DNA from: Amoebophrya sp. A120
Lineage: Eukaryota > Protista > Dinoflagellata
Assembly (NCBI GenBank): GCA_905178155.1
Contig: CAJINV010000003.1
Coordinates: 8,251,117-8,315,116 of the forward strand
Direction: 5' to 3'
DNA length: 64,000 bases
Shown here: piece by piece, positions 34,738-49,700 of the stretch
How the letters are laid out: each line of letters starts with the position of its first letter
How positions within the stretch are numbered: the stretch's first letter is position 1
The notes under the pieces: generated by a model
Database searches by the model: none
What the model was told of the DNA's origin: nothing
What the model saw: the letters and a program-made list of their open reading frames with translations, nothing else
Made by a program: the position numbers and the translations under genes

Positions 34738-37700
34738 ATGAGTCCGGGCGGTAGCACCATGGTCGCACGAAAAGTGGGGGTTGGGCGGCAGTTGTTGAAT
34801 CTGTGGCGATGTTTGCGGGATAGCTATCGGCATCGCAAATTCGTGGCGAAGAAAAGTCCGCTGGACATCCCTGACGTGTTTGTCAAGTACGAAAGCCGAG
34901 AGCAGTTTCCGCATGCTATCTACCCAGCAATAGATACTATAGTTGTCCAGCAGCACCCGGCGTTTTGTGGATTTGCAGCAGCGCAAACCATATCAAGTGC
35001 AAAAATGTCTGGGTCTGGAAGGTTGGAACTTGTGATGCTAACTTTGGACTCTAAAAAAAACTGTATTGCATGGCCAGCAATAGGAGCCCAGTTTGTGGTA
35101 CGCGGGGAGGGCGTTTGTCATGCGGGATAGGCATCAGGAAGGCCTCTAAAAATATTTGATGCCAGATCATGCATTACAGACATCCAGCAGAGTCATGGAA
35201 AATATGCATGACAAACCTGGCAACCTTCCAGACCCAGACATTTTTGCATTCCATAAACCATCGCACTCGCCATAAACTGCCAGACTTCCGCCAGAAATTC
35301 CTCCGCGGCGTCGACTCCTCGTACTTCAACAACCTCGAGAGAGCAGACGTCTTCACCAGCAGAAGCATTGAGCCCTCGAACTCGCAGTGTTGCCAGCAGT
35401 GCGAAGACTAGTGTAGACGTTCGGCCTTCATCAGGACGAGGAGAATTATCCGCGGTGGAGAGTGGAAGTGGCGTGTCTCACTTCGAGTTTAATCCGGATA
35501 GAGAGGCCAAAGATTTGAGCTACGTCTACATGGAAGAAAATCGGTCGGGGTTGGACTTTATGCACTGCAAAAGAATAAAGATCAGTAACAGTATCGCACA
35601 TAAAAATTGTATCCACCTAGTAGGGCACAACTGCAGCAATATGATTGATTGCACCAGCGGCAAATGCTCATGTGTATGCCATCAACTTGGAATAAGAAAA
35701 CTTCTAGTTCCACCGCATGCTGATCTGGTGTAGAGGGACGAGATAATTCGCCAAGCGCTGCAATTTGTCTTGGATGCACACGAAGTTGCGCGATGCTTTT
35801 CCTTTTCCTTATCCTTTTGCAGCGGATAGATATCCTGAGACCGCCGCTCTTCGTTTCTGCAGCTTCTCCTTGTAATTCTACTTCGGTAAGCGAAAGGAAT
35901 AAAGGCGAAAAATGGCCAAGATGGAGCGGGAGCCTTTCCGACGATTATAATGGCAACGTGATCAAATACGTGAAGGTGGCGTCTTCAACGGATAAGAGGG
36001 GGTTTCCGCCCGATCAGAACGTTGGGGACACTGGTGCGCAACCTCCGGAATTCGCGCACGCAGACAGGTCGTGCTTAAGAACAAATACGAGCGAAAAAAA
36101 GGCAGGCCCGGACGACTTTGGGCAACATGATGACCCTAGTAGTGCAACACCTGTTGGTGGGATTTGCGGAAAAACCAGTTGCAGCTCCTACGCCAACCTG
36201 TCCTGTTCTGGCTTTGACATAGGACGAGTTCCCGCGTCAACATCACCTCGCTCCTCAGTCGGAAATGATCTTCAAACTGGGGCGATACGACCAAGTGCAG
36301 ACGGTGATGGTGTCAAAGGAGAACATCATCAAGCCCTCGACGCAACCTCATCCAGCACGACCACTTCGGGCAATTATAAAAAGATCCAATATGTCAGACC
36401 TGCGTGCGCGCGAACCGGGTTCCAGCTTTCTCCCCAATTTCGCTTTTATGATGTGTTTCAAGTCAACTTCCCGCCTGATTTCTTTGTGCACTGTGGATTC
36501 GCAATCCTGGATTACTTTCCGAACCAAGTAAAATTTCGACTGCTCCAACAGCTCCTGATGTACGACGGCGTCCCGCTGGTGTCTCTGCGCACGTATTTCG
36601 AGACCCAGATACGTTTGGCCACGGACCCTCAATTTCACAGTCTAGACGACTGCAGCTGGTTCGGTAAAAACAAAGAAGACCAGCATGATCTCGCCGAGCC
36701 GCTGCAAAATAAAACGTCTGAAGATCATGCCTCTCCAACGTTCTTATCCCAACCCGCTGCGCGTCGACCTGATGGAGTAGATCGTAGTAGTACAAAGTGC
36801 GGTGCGAGCCATGAGTATCTGCTGCCCCCCGTGAAACGCACGGAGTACATAAGCGGGGATAGTCTATCTTTGGACGAGTTCCGCAGAAACGTTTTGGAAA
36901 AGCTAGGCGTAAGACGACCAGGTCGTGGCACAGGCTCTCGCTATCCACTCCAAATATATCTCCCGTCGGACACGACAGATTATGCTGAAATTCGCACTGA
37001 TTTGTACAAATATCGAATGATTTGGATCTAGAAACCTCGAACAGCAGGCTGTACAGGCAGGTGAGGGAAACAAGCGTAGTTTTGCGGTCGTGCTGGCAGG
37101 GGCGGGCAGTTCTTGCTCTGTGTCTTATCCATCCTAAGGCAAATTGCGCATGAATCTATCCGCCGCGAGTGCAATCCTTCGCGAAACTACGAATTGCCTG
37201 ATCATGTTTCTCTCATGCATATACATTCGCATTCTAAACAGGACGGAGGTCCTTAATATAACAACCCCTGCCATTGAGGTAGGGGGGGCCCGCTGAGCAG
37301 CTCACTATCACAACAGCGACCCTCTGACGATAGTCGAGAGTAGAAAATGCAACCTTTTTGAGCACTCTAACTACATAGCGAGATCTGAAAGACCAAAGCA
37401 CAAGAGCAAAAAGCTGCAAGATGAAAAAATAAAAAGTTCAGCCTAAACCTCGCCGAAAGCCCTAGACGAAAGATTTGCACTCAGATACTTTTTTACGTAC
37501 TTGCACCCTCTTAGAGCTGACTTCTCTTTACTGTAGACGCCTCTGCCTCACATCGCTTAAACACACTGCTGTTTTCTCGCATCAACAAAAACGCAAAGAC
37601 ATCAAAATCATGAGCAAGCCGAGCAAAAAAGGGAAAGGCAAGAAAGCCAAGAACGGCGGGAAGGCCGACCAGCCTGCCGCTTCCGCGACCCCGACCAAGG

Positions 37701-40700
37701 CCTTCACCCGCGCGCAATACGACATTGCGGTCTTGAAAGCTCGCAACATTGTGTCCATCCACGGAGTGGAGTGGCTGCCTCTCGCTGAGTGGAAGGAGGC
37801 AAGAGCCGAGGAGGAGAAACAGGCTGCTGAGCAAGCCTCGACTGGCGCGGCCGCCAGTAGTAGTAGCGCAGCACAGGCGGTGGCGCGACCGCCTTTCTCC
37901 CCGGGACACAAGACGAACTCGACCTCCACTGCCATCATCAAAATTTCGCAGATGAGGTTTCCGGAAATAGTGGACAAGTGGAAGGAGAAGTTCATCGAAG
38001 CCGTCGGCGACGCAGTTTCGCACGCCAAAGTAATAGAGGGCGAAAACGTGCAGGAGCTGCACGAGGACGACGACGGTAAGCTGCAGCTAGTCGATTTAAT
38101 GGACGAGTACGGCGATGAAGACGAGAAAAAGAGCGACCGGCTAGCGGAGGAGATGGCGCAAGCCGTCCGCCGCATCGAGCCGGACTTTATCGCCAACGTC
38201 GCAGTCTTCAAGTCCGGGCGGATCGAGGTGATGTTGAAGCCCAATAGTGAAACGATGAAGCTGCGCAGTTTGGTGCAAAGCCGCAAGAGAAACGTCACAA
38301 AGCAGTACTTGACCTCCCTGCAGATCAAGGAGCACATCGTCCGCAACCCGAAGGACACGCTGAAAAAGGAGCGCAAAATCAACAACCGGGCGGAAGCGGA
38401 CGAGAAAAAAGCGATGGAGGGGATCGAAGAAGGCGATGGAGAGGAAGAAGCTGAGGGTGAAAAAGCGGACCCGTCCGCAAAGCGGCTCAAGAACGAGTCG
38501 AAGGGAGATGCGTCTCCCGAAAGCCCCAGCTTTACCGAAGCCGAGGATCCCGATGCAAAAGAGCAGAAAAACAAGAACAAACGGACCAGGAGCAAGAGTT
38601 CGAGCAAGAAAAATAAGAAGGACAAGGCAGCCGGCGGTGGCAGCGGGACCACCACTACCACCACCGCGGGCGGCAGCACTAGTTCCAACACTACGATAAA
38701 GGCGGAGGCGAAGCAGAAGAGGATTATCGCCGGCGGTTCGCGGCGAAGGTGATCGGGATCTGCTCTCGATCGCCAGCACGTCTTCCTTCGCGAAACGTCT
38801 ATCCGAGGAGTGCACTCTAGAAATTTAAGACGTCTACACGGGGTGAGTAGGCGGGGCGAAGGTTCTGTAACAATCATGGAGTAAAGCAACTTTTTTCATC
38901 ACCGGTCCCACCAGCAACTGCAACGAACAAGTTCGAACCAACAAGCGACACACACGACTACCTCAGGGCGGACCACTCGGGTCAGCCCTTGCATTTTGCA
39001 ACGCAAGAAAGTCGGCACTTTGCCGATCTAACTTTGAAGACAGATAGCGGGACGCACGGACAGTGGCGCACGCAAGAATCGTGTGAGCACGACGCACAGA
39101 GGTGCGTCACATAGGCAATCGGCTCGCCAATCCCTTTGTTCTTATTGCAGGCAGAATATAACACTATCGACGAATGTAAGATGAGCGTCCCCCCGGGCGC
39201 GGTTTAGAAGCAGGGCGCAGGCAATTATTGTGTTCGATCGGGAATCTGAAGCTATTTTTCACAGTACTACCAACGACAGAAGAAGTTCTATACTTTCGTT
39301 TGGTTTTCTTAAGCCACCGGAAACGGGGCAGAGAGAAGACTAAACATTGAGCGGGCGGAGGGAAGAATACTGAGCGACCGGCGGACGACGTCGAGCTGCT
39401 TCAGGCGGAGGGAGCAACTTTTTCCGGCTCGAGAAAAGTCATCACCCGATTGAGTTTTTTGGCTCGAGGAGCGCGGCTCAAGCGGGATCTGGCTCAAGCG
39501 GAGCGGAATAGCAACCCGACTCAAGATGGACAAGCGACAATCACCAAAAACAAACCACACACAAGCCGCGCAGTCAGCTTCCGCGCAGGGGGAGCTCCCC
39601 AGCAGCGGCAGCAGTGCCAAGGGCACCGGATGGGAAGCTCCCGCCCGAGACTGGCGGACGACGGCGAAAACAAAAACAGGACGGCGAATAAGAATAGGCA
39701 CGTTTAACGTTCGGACGCTTGGAAAACGCGACGAAGGTCGCGACGTTTGGTCGGTCCAGCTCTTGTCGCTCGTGGACGACGCGAAGCGGCAAGGGCTGGA
39801 TGTTGTTCTGTTGCAGGAAACAAAAATCCGAGAATGGCTAGTAGGCGAACTTTGGCCGGGCGGGTTTCGAGCGTATGGTGGGGGGGCGGCGTCGAACTCA
39901 GGCGGAGTACCGGTAGGAGGCACCGTGATCTTGATCAGATCAAGCATCAAAGTGGAAGACGTCAGTGACATACAGCAGGAGAGGTTGGTCCGGATCTCGA
40001 TCCGGGCCGGTTTCGGGAAGAGAGTGCACATCTACAGTGCATACGCCCCCACCAACGCGGCGACAGCAGAAGTAAAACAGAACTACTACGACCTGGTGCG
40101 TGCGGAGATGGCAAAACACAGCAAACACGACATCACCATTTACGGGGGGGACCACAACTGCGAGCTGGGAAGCCCAGAGACGGAGCTTGCGAGCGCAGGC
40201 CTAAGTTACGTGGTTGGAAGATGTGGCCTCGCCAGTGGTTTTGCGATCCGCTCGGACAACCGAGAAAGGCTGCACGCTTTGGCGGCAGCACGCCAGCTGG
40301 TCGACCTTTCGAGCCTTCAGCGGAAGAAATGGAGCCAGCGGCACACCTTCGAAGGGGAGTGGATGTCTGAGGGCGTGCGGAGGTTGCGCGAATACGATCG
40401 GTTCTTGGTCTCGTTCCGAGACAAGGGCCTTTTCGAAAAACTTCGCGTAATACGGGGCACCGCAGTGCAGAGCGACCACTGCCTGGTGGTGGTGGAGATG
40501 AAGATGGGAGCAATAAAGAAACCGGCGGTGAAGAAGATCCCCCCCCAGATCATCAGGCGCAAGGAAAAGGCGCAAGAAGCAGACAAACTATTAGCAGCAA
40601 AGTACACCCCGGAAGTAATTGCGCAAATAGACACGGGGGAAAAAAACGCGGCGGCCACCTGGTCGCAGTTTCAGAAAGACCTCTACACCACCCTCGACAA

Positions 40701-43700
40701 GCTGAACAACCTGACCCCGGCCGGGCCGCGCAAGCCGTGGATCACGGCAGAGACCTGGGGTAAGATAGAGGAAAGAAGAAAAGCAAAACAGCACAACAAG
40801 AAGGTGACCGGACTAACAAGGCAGATAAGCAAGCTGGTGAAGCGCGACCGAATAGCATGGGTGGGTGACAAAATCGAAACGCTTAGGCGGGCAGACGAAT
40901 GCGGCAACACAAAAATGGTGTACGAGACAGTGCGCCAGCTATCAGGGCGGGGAAGACAAAGACCGCAGGAGCTGCCCGGCCCCCCGGAAGCATGGACGGA
41001 ATTCTGGGGGGGCGTTTTTGGGAAGGAAAGGCCAGCAGCACCACCAAGCGCCCAGCAGACGAAAACGTGGAAGAGATGCGCAGCAGCACTAGAAGAAGAC
41101 GAGCCAGCGGCAGCCTGGTGCGGAGGCTTGGATGAAATTCCGACCGAAGCAGAAGTTGTCGCCGCGCTCCGAGAGCTGAAGCGGGGCAAGGCCTTTGCAG
41201 GGCCAATCCCGGCGGAATTCGCGCGTGAATGCCCGACGGCCCAGGCCGTACTAGTTTCCCTAGTGCGCCGAATTTTCAGAGGGGACGACATTCCCCCTGA
41301 ATGGGGCGAGGCGGTAGTGGCGATGCTTCACAAGGACGGCGTGAAGCGGGACCCGAAGAACTACCGGCCGATAGCACTCATAACCCTGGGCGAAAAGTTG
41401 CTCGGCTTGGTGATCCTGAGGCGGATCGAAGACGAGGCCAACAAGCACATGAGCCCAAAGCAAAAAGGCTGCCGCCGCGGGTTATCCTGCCGGCACGCAG
41501 TCTTCCAGCTGCTGCGGGACATCGAGAAAAACAACAGGGAGGGGCGCAGGGCGTACTACACGTTCATAGACTTCCAGAAAGCTTTTGACAGCCTCGCGTG
41601 GTCGGTTTTGTTTCCGATTTTGCGGAAGCAGGGCCTGCCAGAAAACGTCTGCAAAGTGGTGCAGGACATGTACCAAAAATGCGCGCAAGTAGTAATACGC
41701 TTGGGCGACAACAAGAGCGCCCCGGCGTTCAAACAGAAGAGCGGGATCAGGCAGGGGAGCGGCCTGAGCCCGCTCCTTTTTGCGCTCTGCCTGGACTGGG
41801 CGATACGGCAATTCGTCAAGACAATGGCGGAAGAGCACGGGTGGACCGAAGACGAGGCATGGGCGCACGCCCTGACTTGGTTGGGGTTCGTCGACGACCT
41901 CGTCGTTAAAGAGACCAGCAGGACGGCGGCGGAGTTTGCGCTCCGGGAATTAGCGGCTGCGTGCCGCTTCGTCGGCCTGGAGCTGAACGTAAAAAAGACG
42001 AAGGCCATGCCGGTCAACCCGGAAGTAGAGAAGCGACGAAACCCTGCGGCCCTGATGGAGAGAATAGTAGTAGACAAGGAAGAGGGGTGGCTGATCGACT
42101 GGAGCGGCGCGGACTGGAGCGACGAGTGGAGTGCTGAAGTAAGGCATTTACCAAGCCCGCGGGATGAGTCCGGCGATCTAGTTCCTACACATTTCGTTGT
42201 GTGGGACGACCCTACCCTGGGTATAGAAGTGGCATCCTGCAAGCAATCCGGGTGGGCGCGCACACACAGCGGGGAGAACATAAGAACTCAGAGGCTGGGT
42301 CTGAAGAAGTTTGTTCTGGCCGAGAAGAACAAATTTGTGTGCGCGCGCTGCGACGACGTCCTAGCGGACGAGACGGCGCTGCACTTCCACCAAGCCACGG
42401 GCTTCTGTCGCCCGGTGAAAACGCTGAAAGAACTCAGAACCCTGCGGGTCAGCCGCATGGTGGAAGAGAAGAAGAAGCAAAAGGCGAAGACCCTGGCGCC
42501 GGAAGGCGTCCCCCCCTTCGAGTATGATGGGGGGGCGATCGAGATAGTAGGCTGCTTCAAGTACCTGGGCACCGAAGTGGGACGGGACGGCAGCACAGAG
42601 GGGGAAACGGCGCGGCGGTGTGTGATCGCCGCCGGGGCCGTTCAGCAACTCGCCCCCGTGTGGCGAGACAGTTCGCTGCCGGTGGAACTGCAATCCGACT
42701 TATACCGGGCACTGAGCGTGAGCGTAGCGTTGTACAACGCAGAGACATGGACCACCACAACAGCACAGGGCAGTATCCTGCGGCGGTTCCAAGACTCCGC
42801 TCTTCGCGAAATTCTGGGGGGCCACTTCCGAAACGAGGGGAGAAGCAGGGCCGAGCTCTGTGAGGAGCTCGGGGTGCAGCACATTGAGGACGAGGTCCGC
42901 GCGAAAAGGGTCGCGTGGATCGCCCACGCCTGTCGGGGAGACGAAAACGAAGGATCTTTTGCGCGCGTCGAGGCTGAGATCAAGAACAGAACTCCCTGGG
43001 GGAGACAAGCGCAAGAAGACCTTGACTACTACGCCATACCACTGGAAGTAATCAAAGAAACCAAACCGACGGGCATCGCAATCCGGGCCACAATAAACAC
43101 CGCCAAGCGGGTAAAGGCAGTAAAGAAGCAAAAGGGCGCAAAAGCAGGCGCGCAAAAAAGCAAGAAGCGGACAGCGATGGAAGAAGAGAGGCGAAGAAGA
43201 CTAGAACAGCAGCGGGAGGAACAAGAAGCAAAGAACAGGAAAACGCTGCAGCGAATCAACGGGAAGGTGTGGCAAAAAAGACCACGGCCCAAATACAACT
43301 TCTTCGTCAAAACGGAAAGCGGCGAAGAGCTGCAGTTCAGGGCCAGTGGCTTCTTTTTCTGCGAGAACACGGGAAAGGAGGAGGCGATGGTTTACGGCGT
43401 CACTTTCAAACAAGACAGCAGTACAAGAATTTGGGTCGCCGATGACCTACCCCCCGATGATGAGTAACGCCCGCCCGGGCACCAGATAGTGTTATGCTGC
43501 ACATCCGAAAGTAGAACTACAGAAAGTCTACAAAAACAATAGCCGGATTAAGCAGTCAGTCAGTCAGTCAGTCAAACAGGACGGAGACGATATCGCTCAT
43601 TCTGCCTTTCATTTCTAAAATCGGCACCACAATAAGTTTATGCCACAGCTGACGGCTGAAGACGCTAAGGCCAAGGGTCTCAGACCCCACCACAGCACGC

Positions 43701-46700
43701 GTTTGCTCAAAAGCCTAAAGAGGACCGCCGGGATTGGCCACGGCCTGATAGATAAGACAAAAAGAAAGCTTTTAGAAAGAAAAAGCGTTTATGTGTTCTA
43801 TCGTCACTCGAGCTGAGAGCTCGCCTATTTCGTTTTGAGGCATCGCAATAGAGTACTGCGAGTACAGATTGACATGAGGCTACATTGATAATCGATATGC
43901 GTGCTTGGCCTTTCGCGGTTGCCAGTTCGTTAGCGCAGTTGCAGTCAAACAATAACAAAAACAAGAAACAACAAACAGATAACAACTTGGGGCAGAGGAA
44001 GGGGTGAGTTTGTATGATTTTGTATGTATAGAAAGTGTGTAAGTTCTACCACCCCGGATGCCCCAAGAAATCAATGGTTGCGCGTTCTTTCTAAAAAAAC
44101 GAAATAGGCGAAGCTCTCTCTTTTTTCACAAGCGCATAAAGATATCCAATTGCTGCAATGGTAAAAAAGAAAAATCAAATCAGGCACTGTAGTTAGGACA
44201 ATGAATCAAACCAACGGGGAAGCGTGACTCTAAAAAATGCATTTTCCGGAACTTTTACATCGTCGGGCATTTTTTTTACAAAAGAGATCCAAAATAGGAG
44301 ACCGATAGTTCGAGCGAGAGCATCTTCACACTAGTTTCTGCTCCCTTCTATAGGATTCTGGTGTTTAGGAGTTCTCGCTTATGTTCGACTGCGCAAAAGG
44401 GCTTTTTCTTCCCCCTTAGAGGTCTCTAGAGTCACGCGCCACACAAATACCAAACCCACGCCGCACTACCCAAATAAGTTCTTTTTTTTTTTCATAAGAA
44501 GAAGGAAGCAAAAAAAGAGAGTCAGTGTAGGAGATAGGACATATACGCAGCTGAGAAAAGCGCAAGAAAAGTACAGAGCGCATGCACGGGGGGAGATTCT
44601 ACAATATAATAGAGAAGAAGATGGAAACAAAACAAAAACGAATGATGATGAAAATGAAACTCAAAGCAAAAATTTATAGTGAGGCGCAGCTATAGAAGGA
44701 ATAAGAAAAAACTCAACAAAAAGGCGAAACATTCTGAAAGAAAATTTTTACGAGGATGACAACACTACTTCCGCCGCTGGACGAGGACGAGCCGAGCAAC
44801 AGCGAGAGCGGGAGTCTAGCAGCAGCGAAGCAGGCGCTGGACAAGTACGAGAACACAAAAGGGCGGAATCGGAAAAAAAAAAGCCGGAGGAAGAAGAAGG
44901 GCAAGCGCAGCGATTCGTCTAGCGATGACGACAAACAGGAGAACCAAGACAAGGCAGGAGATAGCGACATGGAGAGTGCTATTGCTACGGGGGAGGACAA
45001 GCAGGGCTTGGACAAGAGCGGAGAGGTGCAGCAGGACCAGCAGGTGCTGAAAAGAAACGGACAACGCGGGAGACAAGACCGACCTGGTGCACAGTCAAAA
45101 TCGGAGAGAGACGACGCAACGGGGAAAACCACGAAGAAAGAAGAACACCGGGAAAAGCGTAGACGACAACGCGGCTACACCGAAACTAGACCCGGTAACT
45201 GGACTGCCACTGCCATTGGAAAATGGCAATCAAGCTGCAGGGACAAGGACCTCAACCAGGACGAGGAAGTCGAAAAAGATGCATGAGGAGAGTCTTGTTT
45301 GTAATGAAATACCGAATGAAGATGAGGACTCAAATAAGCACTACAAAGCGCAAGCACTGACACACGAAGAAGGCCTCCTGGAAGATGTTGCTCTGCAGAA
45401 AAAATTGACTTTGATAGGACCAGGAAGGTGGCACTTGTGTGGTGGCTGCTTGCATGCAACAAAGGCATCCAGCTCGGCGGCCTATCTTAATCATGTCAAC
45501 AGATGTAAGAAAGTTGCGCCTTCACATAGAAGCACGACGATTGATAATGTGAAGCCGATGCAAGTTTTCGAAATAACAGAGCTTGATAGTGATGAGCTAC
45601 AAAAGCTAGAAGCTGATGCTCTAACAGCCACGCAGACCTTCTGCGTTGAAGAAAAAAAGAAAAGTGCGCAGCTGACATTTGTGATGCCGAATCAGAAACA
45701 GATGCACCCGATGCAAAAGAATGATCTAAAGCGATACACATGCTTGATATGTGGAACGACAGAAACAGACTCTCTGAAAGACATAGACTCGCATAGAACT
45801 GGTTGCCGGAGTGCCCAGAATGTAATGCGACCGCTGCTGCAGGAAGGAAAATTTGTCTGGCAGTGCAGAACGTGCTCGGCGCATGCAATGGGAGAAGCAG
45901 GACATCTAGCAAAGCACGCGATGGACAAAAAAGCCAAGGAGGTGGAATACCCTGGAGCAGATATGCAAGAAATGCGAGAACATTATGTTCAGTGGGAGGA
46001 TGTATTTCGCATGTCTACAAAGCAACATCCAAAGAAATCAGTATTAGAACCGCTAGTAGTTAGTACGTTCAACGTACAGGCGCTAACAGAACGGAGCCAA
46101 GTGAAAAGCTTCATATTGGAGAAGATTCGTGATAAAGAGCTTGGCGTCGAGTTTCTTGGTTTACAGGAGACTCATCTCTCTGATATTGAAGATGATGACT
46201 TTATCAAGGAAATTTTGGAAGAAGGTTTTCGTGTTTTGATATGCAAGCAAAAAACTCGCTCTACTGAAAGAGGCTGCTCCGCGTCTCTGATCAAGACAAG
46301 CATCGACTTTTTAGGTATTACTGGCTCAGACGATGAAGAAGCTGTAGAAATCTCAGGTGCGTTGTTACAGGTCGGATCTTTTGGATTCGAAGTGCAGAAT
46401 TTTTATGCGCAACATGATGCCCTGCGTGCAAAGCACTTAAATGATGGCGCAGCAATTATGCTTGGAGATTTGAATGCAAGAAGTAGCGCATGGGATGCCA
46501 GCTGCGCAATTGAAAATCCAAGTGGGCGCATAGTCAGAACGTGGCTAAAAGAGCGCGACCGAGGCGATTTTATGAAAATCGCAAATGACAGAGAAATCTT
46601 TACAAGAACGACAAAGAACAATGTGAACACCTCCCCAGACATAATTTTCTACAACGAAAATCACTTCAAATTAAAAAAATTTGAAGTGATTCAGACCACA

Positions 46701-49700
46701 ACCTCGGACCATAATATGGTGACTGCGCAACTGAACTTTAGTCAGGAGGTACAGGAATCGGTGGCAGTGGACTACGACGGGGAGGAGGGAGATGCAGGCA
46801 GTGACGAAGAGGAAAAAACTAAATTTGAGCCCAGGTTTCAGTTTGAAGCAGGTGTACGAATCGAAGAAATGAAGTGGATTGAAGAATACAGTAATAATCT
46901 CTACAGTCGTACTCGAGATAGTCGATTTCTCATGCAGGGTTGGTCTGATTTGAATGAAGATGCTGCGCAGGAAGAGCTTAAACGCTTTAGAGAAATGATG
47001 TTTGCTGCTGCTATGGATGAGGTTCCGCATACAAATAAAGACAGGGCAAAACTTAGCCAGAAACAGAAAGGAACAAAAATGCGGAAGACAGCAGGCGCAA
47101 GCACATCAAAAGCACAAAATAAGCATGGCAAATTTGTAAAGAAGAAACCTGAAGAAAGCTCAAATTGCATAGGTGCTGGAATGGAGAGTGCGGAAGTCGA
47201 GGCTCCTTCTCGATCTCGGAGCGAGACCGATCAGCAACCATCTTCGCAGCACCGCTTCCAGTTTATGAGAAAACGCAAACGGCCAGAAGCTACATCAACG
47301 ACCAGCATGAGTGTGGAAAATATGCAAGTTTTACCGGAGGAAGAGAAATCAGCTCTCCTGGTAGGACAGGGAGAGGCTTACACACCTGGAGAACGGGCGG
47401 GACCATCATTGAAGGATGAAGCTGCAAGTGACGAAGAGCATGATGATAGTGCGGATGTTGCTGCAAGTCCAGGAGCAGCAGGCAAGAGCAAGAAGAAAAA
47501 GAAGACCCGTACAAAACTTGAACGAACTCTACACGGACTACGAGCTAGCACTGCAGGACTACAAGAAAACGCAAGTGCTACACCTGACCGGCAAGATCAA
47601 CAGGGCTACTGGGCTAGAACATCATATGAGCAGGACGGGCGACAACTCGGGGCTTCGCAGATTTTTGGTGCTGGAGCAGCGGAAGCGAAAGCAGACGCAG
47701 ATGGAGGGGTAGAGCAGCGTGATACTATCCAGCGCGAAAGGGAAGCGGATGGAGGGCATCAACAAGGAGAGGCGGATGTGCAGGACCAGCAAGCGCCGGA
47801 GGATGAAGATATGATGGAAAACGAGGACACAGGCAAGAACAAGGTCGATATGAATGCAATGGGACCCAGAGAATTTTGGCAGAATGTCAATAAAAAACGC
47901 GGCAAAACAGGCTGGAGAGCATCTGCATTCCCCCGAGCAATGGTCCGTCGAAATAAACGACGTGCATATGTGCAGCGGATAACAGGAAAAGATCCTTTGA
48001 CAAATGAAAAAGCAAGCAAAATCATAAAATCTCAAAAAATAACTAACCCGCCGCTGCCCTCGGAAGTAACTACGGATCGCCGCGAGATAGTAAATCTATT
48101 TCATAAGCTATATAAGGAGCGTCCAGCACAGGTATATAGGGATGAAGAATTAGATTTAAGCAAGATAACTAACGAAAAAAAGCTAGAAGAGATAAATAAC
48201 GATGTTCGTGCTGCTGCAAAGCAGCGAGCTAGCTCGGGCGTGTTCAGGGAACTAACTTATTTAGAATTTCGCGCAGCAGTAAATAAACTAGAACGGGACA
48301 AGTCGCCAGGCTTCGACTATCTACCGCGTGAACTAGTTAAAGGCTTAGACGGAAAAACTGAAGAGCTTTTGTATAGGCTTTTCTATGTTTTGATTAAGTG
48401 CGACGCTTTTCCGGCGATAGGTAACTGCGTTAACCTAGCTCCTGTGCAAAAAACAAAAGGTGCTCCGTACTGTGAACAGCTATGCCGACCGGTGTCGTTG
48501 CTCAGCGTGTTCTCTAAACTATATGAAATAATTTTAGATAGAAGATTTTGTCTTTATCTAGAAGGGTTCCGGTGGGCGGGCAGTAAGCTAGTTAACAAAG
48601 TAGAAGAAACTCTGCCAAAAAATAGCCTTGCGCATCGGCAAGGATACAGCAAAGAAGATTCATGCGTAAGGTTGATAGATTTTCTGTTTGCAAAGTTCAA
48701 AAAAGACATGGAAAGTGGAGGAAACTTTGAACGAGATAAATTTGTGGCGCTGTCGGATAACACAGCGGGATTTGATGTAGTAGATCGCTATACGCTACTA
48801 AGAACAAATTTGATGCTCGGAATTCCGCCTGACTTGTATGGCGCAGTAGCGCAATGGCTACGAGGGCGGACCATCAAAATACGAGAAGGAAGCCGCCGCT
48901 GGGCCCTTCTCCCTGGCATGCCGCAAGGGTCTCCGCTTTCGGGAGGAGCCTGCAACAGCCATCGCGTTTTGATGTTGCGCCTGCTAGCCGTAGCAAACCC
49001 GGGCGGACTGGTAATACAGTACTCGGACGACAACCTACTAGCAGGATTCACAGAAGACCTGCACAACCTAAAAAAAGAGCTGGCGAAAATCGCGCGGACC
49101 TTTTGCATTTTTTTCGAGAACGACAAAAGTGAAGTGGTGATATACAAGCCGTATTTCCAAGGCCAGAAAGTAAAGCCAGCGAGAAGCTTAGGCTTTTTGT
49201 ATGATGGGGCGTGGGACTTTCAGAGTATGCGTGGCAAAATAGTAACGGACATGGCACGAGAAGCCAATGTGGTGCTGAGTTTGAAGTCCTTGCGAATCAG
49301 CAAAAAATGCGATACTTTTGAAGCACTTTGTTTCTCAGCATTATCAAGCAATGGCGCGCCAATGTATCCCTACTTTTCAAGAGACAACAAGATAGGGCTT
49401 GAAAAAATAGTTGCAACAAAGTTGAAGCAGATGCTGAATCTGCCAAAGCAAACGCCTTCAAGTGCGTTATTTGAATCAACAGGACTGCACCGACCCCACC
49501 TCATGTTTTTGGTGGAATGTTTAATGCTATTTTACAAAGGTGCTGCGAGAGGCATATGGCCACTAGATGGCGAGACTCTTGATGAAGGAGTTGATTCGCA
49601 ATTAACAAAGGCGGAGCTATTGAATCCCCTTGCCGCAATTCCCATTAGAGAAAAATGGACGAAAATAATGCGAACGATTTCAGTGCATCGCATGGCAGAC

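Larger units (their letters stand above)
37249..43573 (+). mobile_element. Full-length RTE-like non-LTR retrotransposon (6.3 kb, two ORFs)
   Basis: 13-bp TSD aaacaggacggag (37236-37248, 43574-43586); 3' (CAGT)5 tail; both ORFs intact. Confidence 0.93.

Noticed and set aside
37249-37350. Hammerhead, twister or HDV ribozyme at the 5' end of the RTE-like element (also checked 38753-39525 and 43638-43760)
   Set aside because: Hairpins and a ctgacga..gaaa spacing are present, but stem II and the other core pairings do not form. An Infernal scan would be needed.
37582-38889. Long minus-strand ORFs (also 54480-55367, 28724-29467, 29356-30276)
   Set aside because: Antisense shadows of low-complexity + strand coding sequence, with no motifs.
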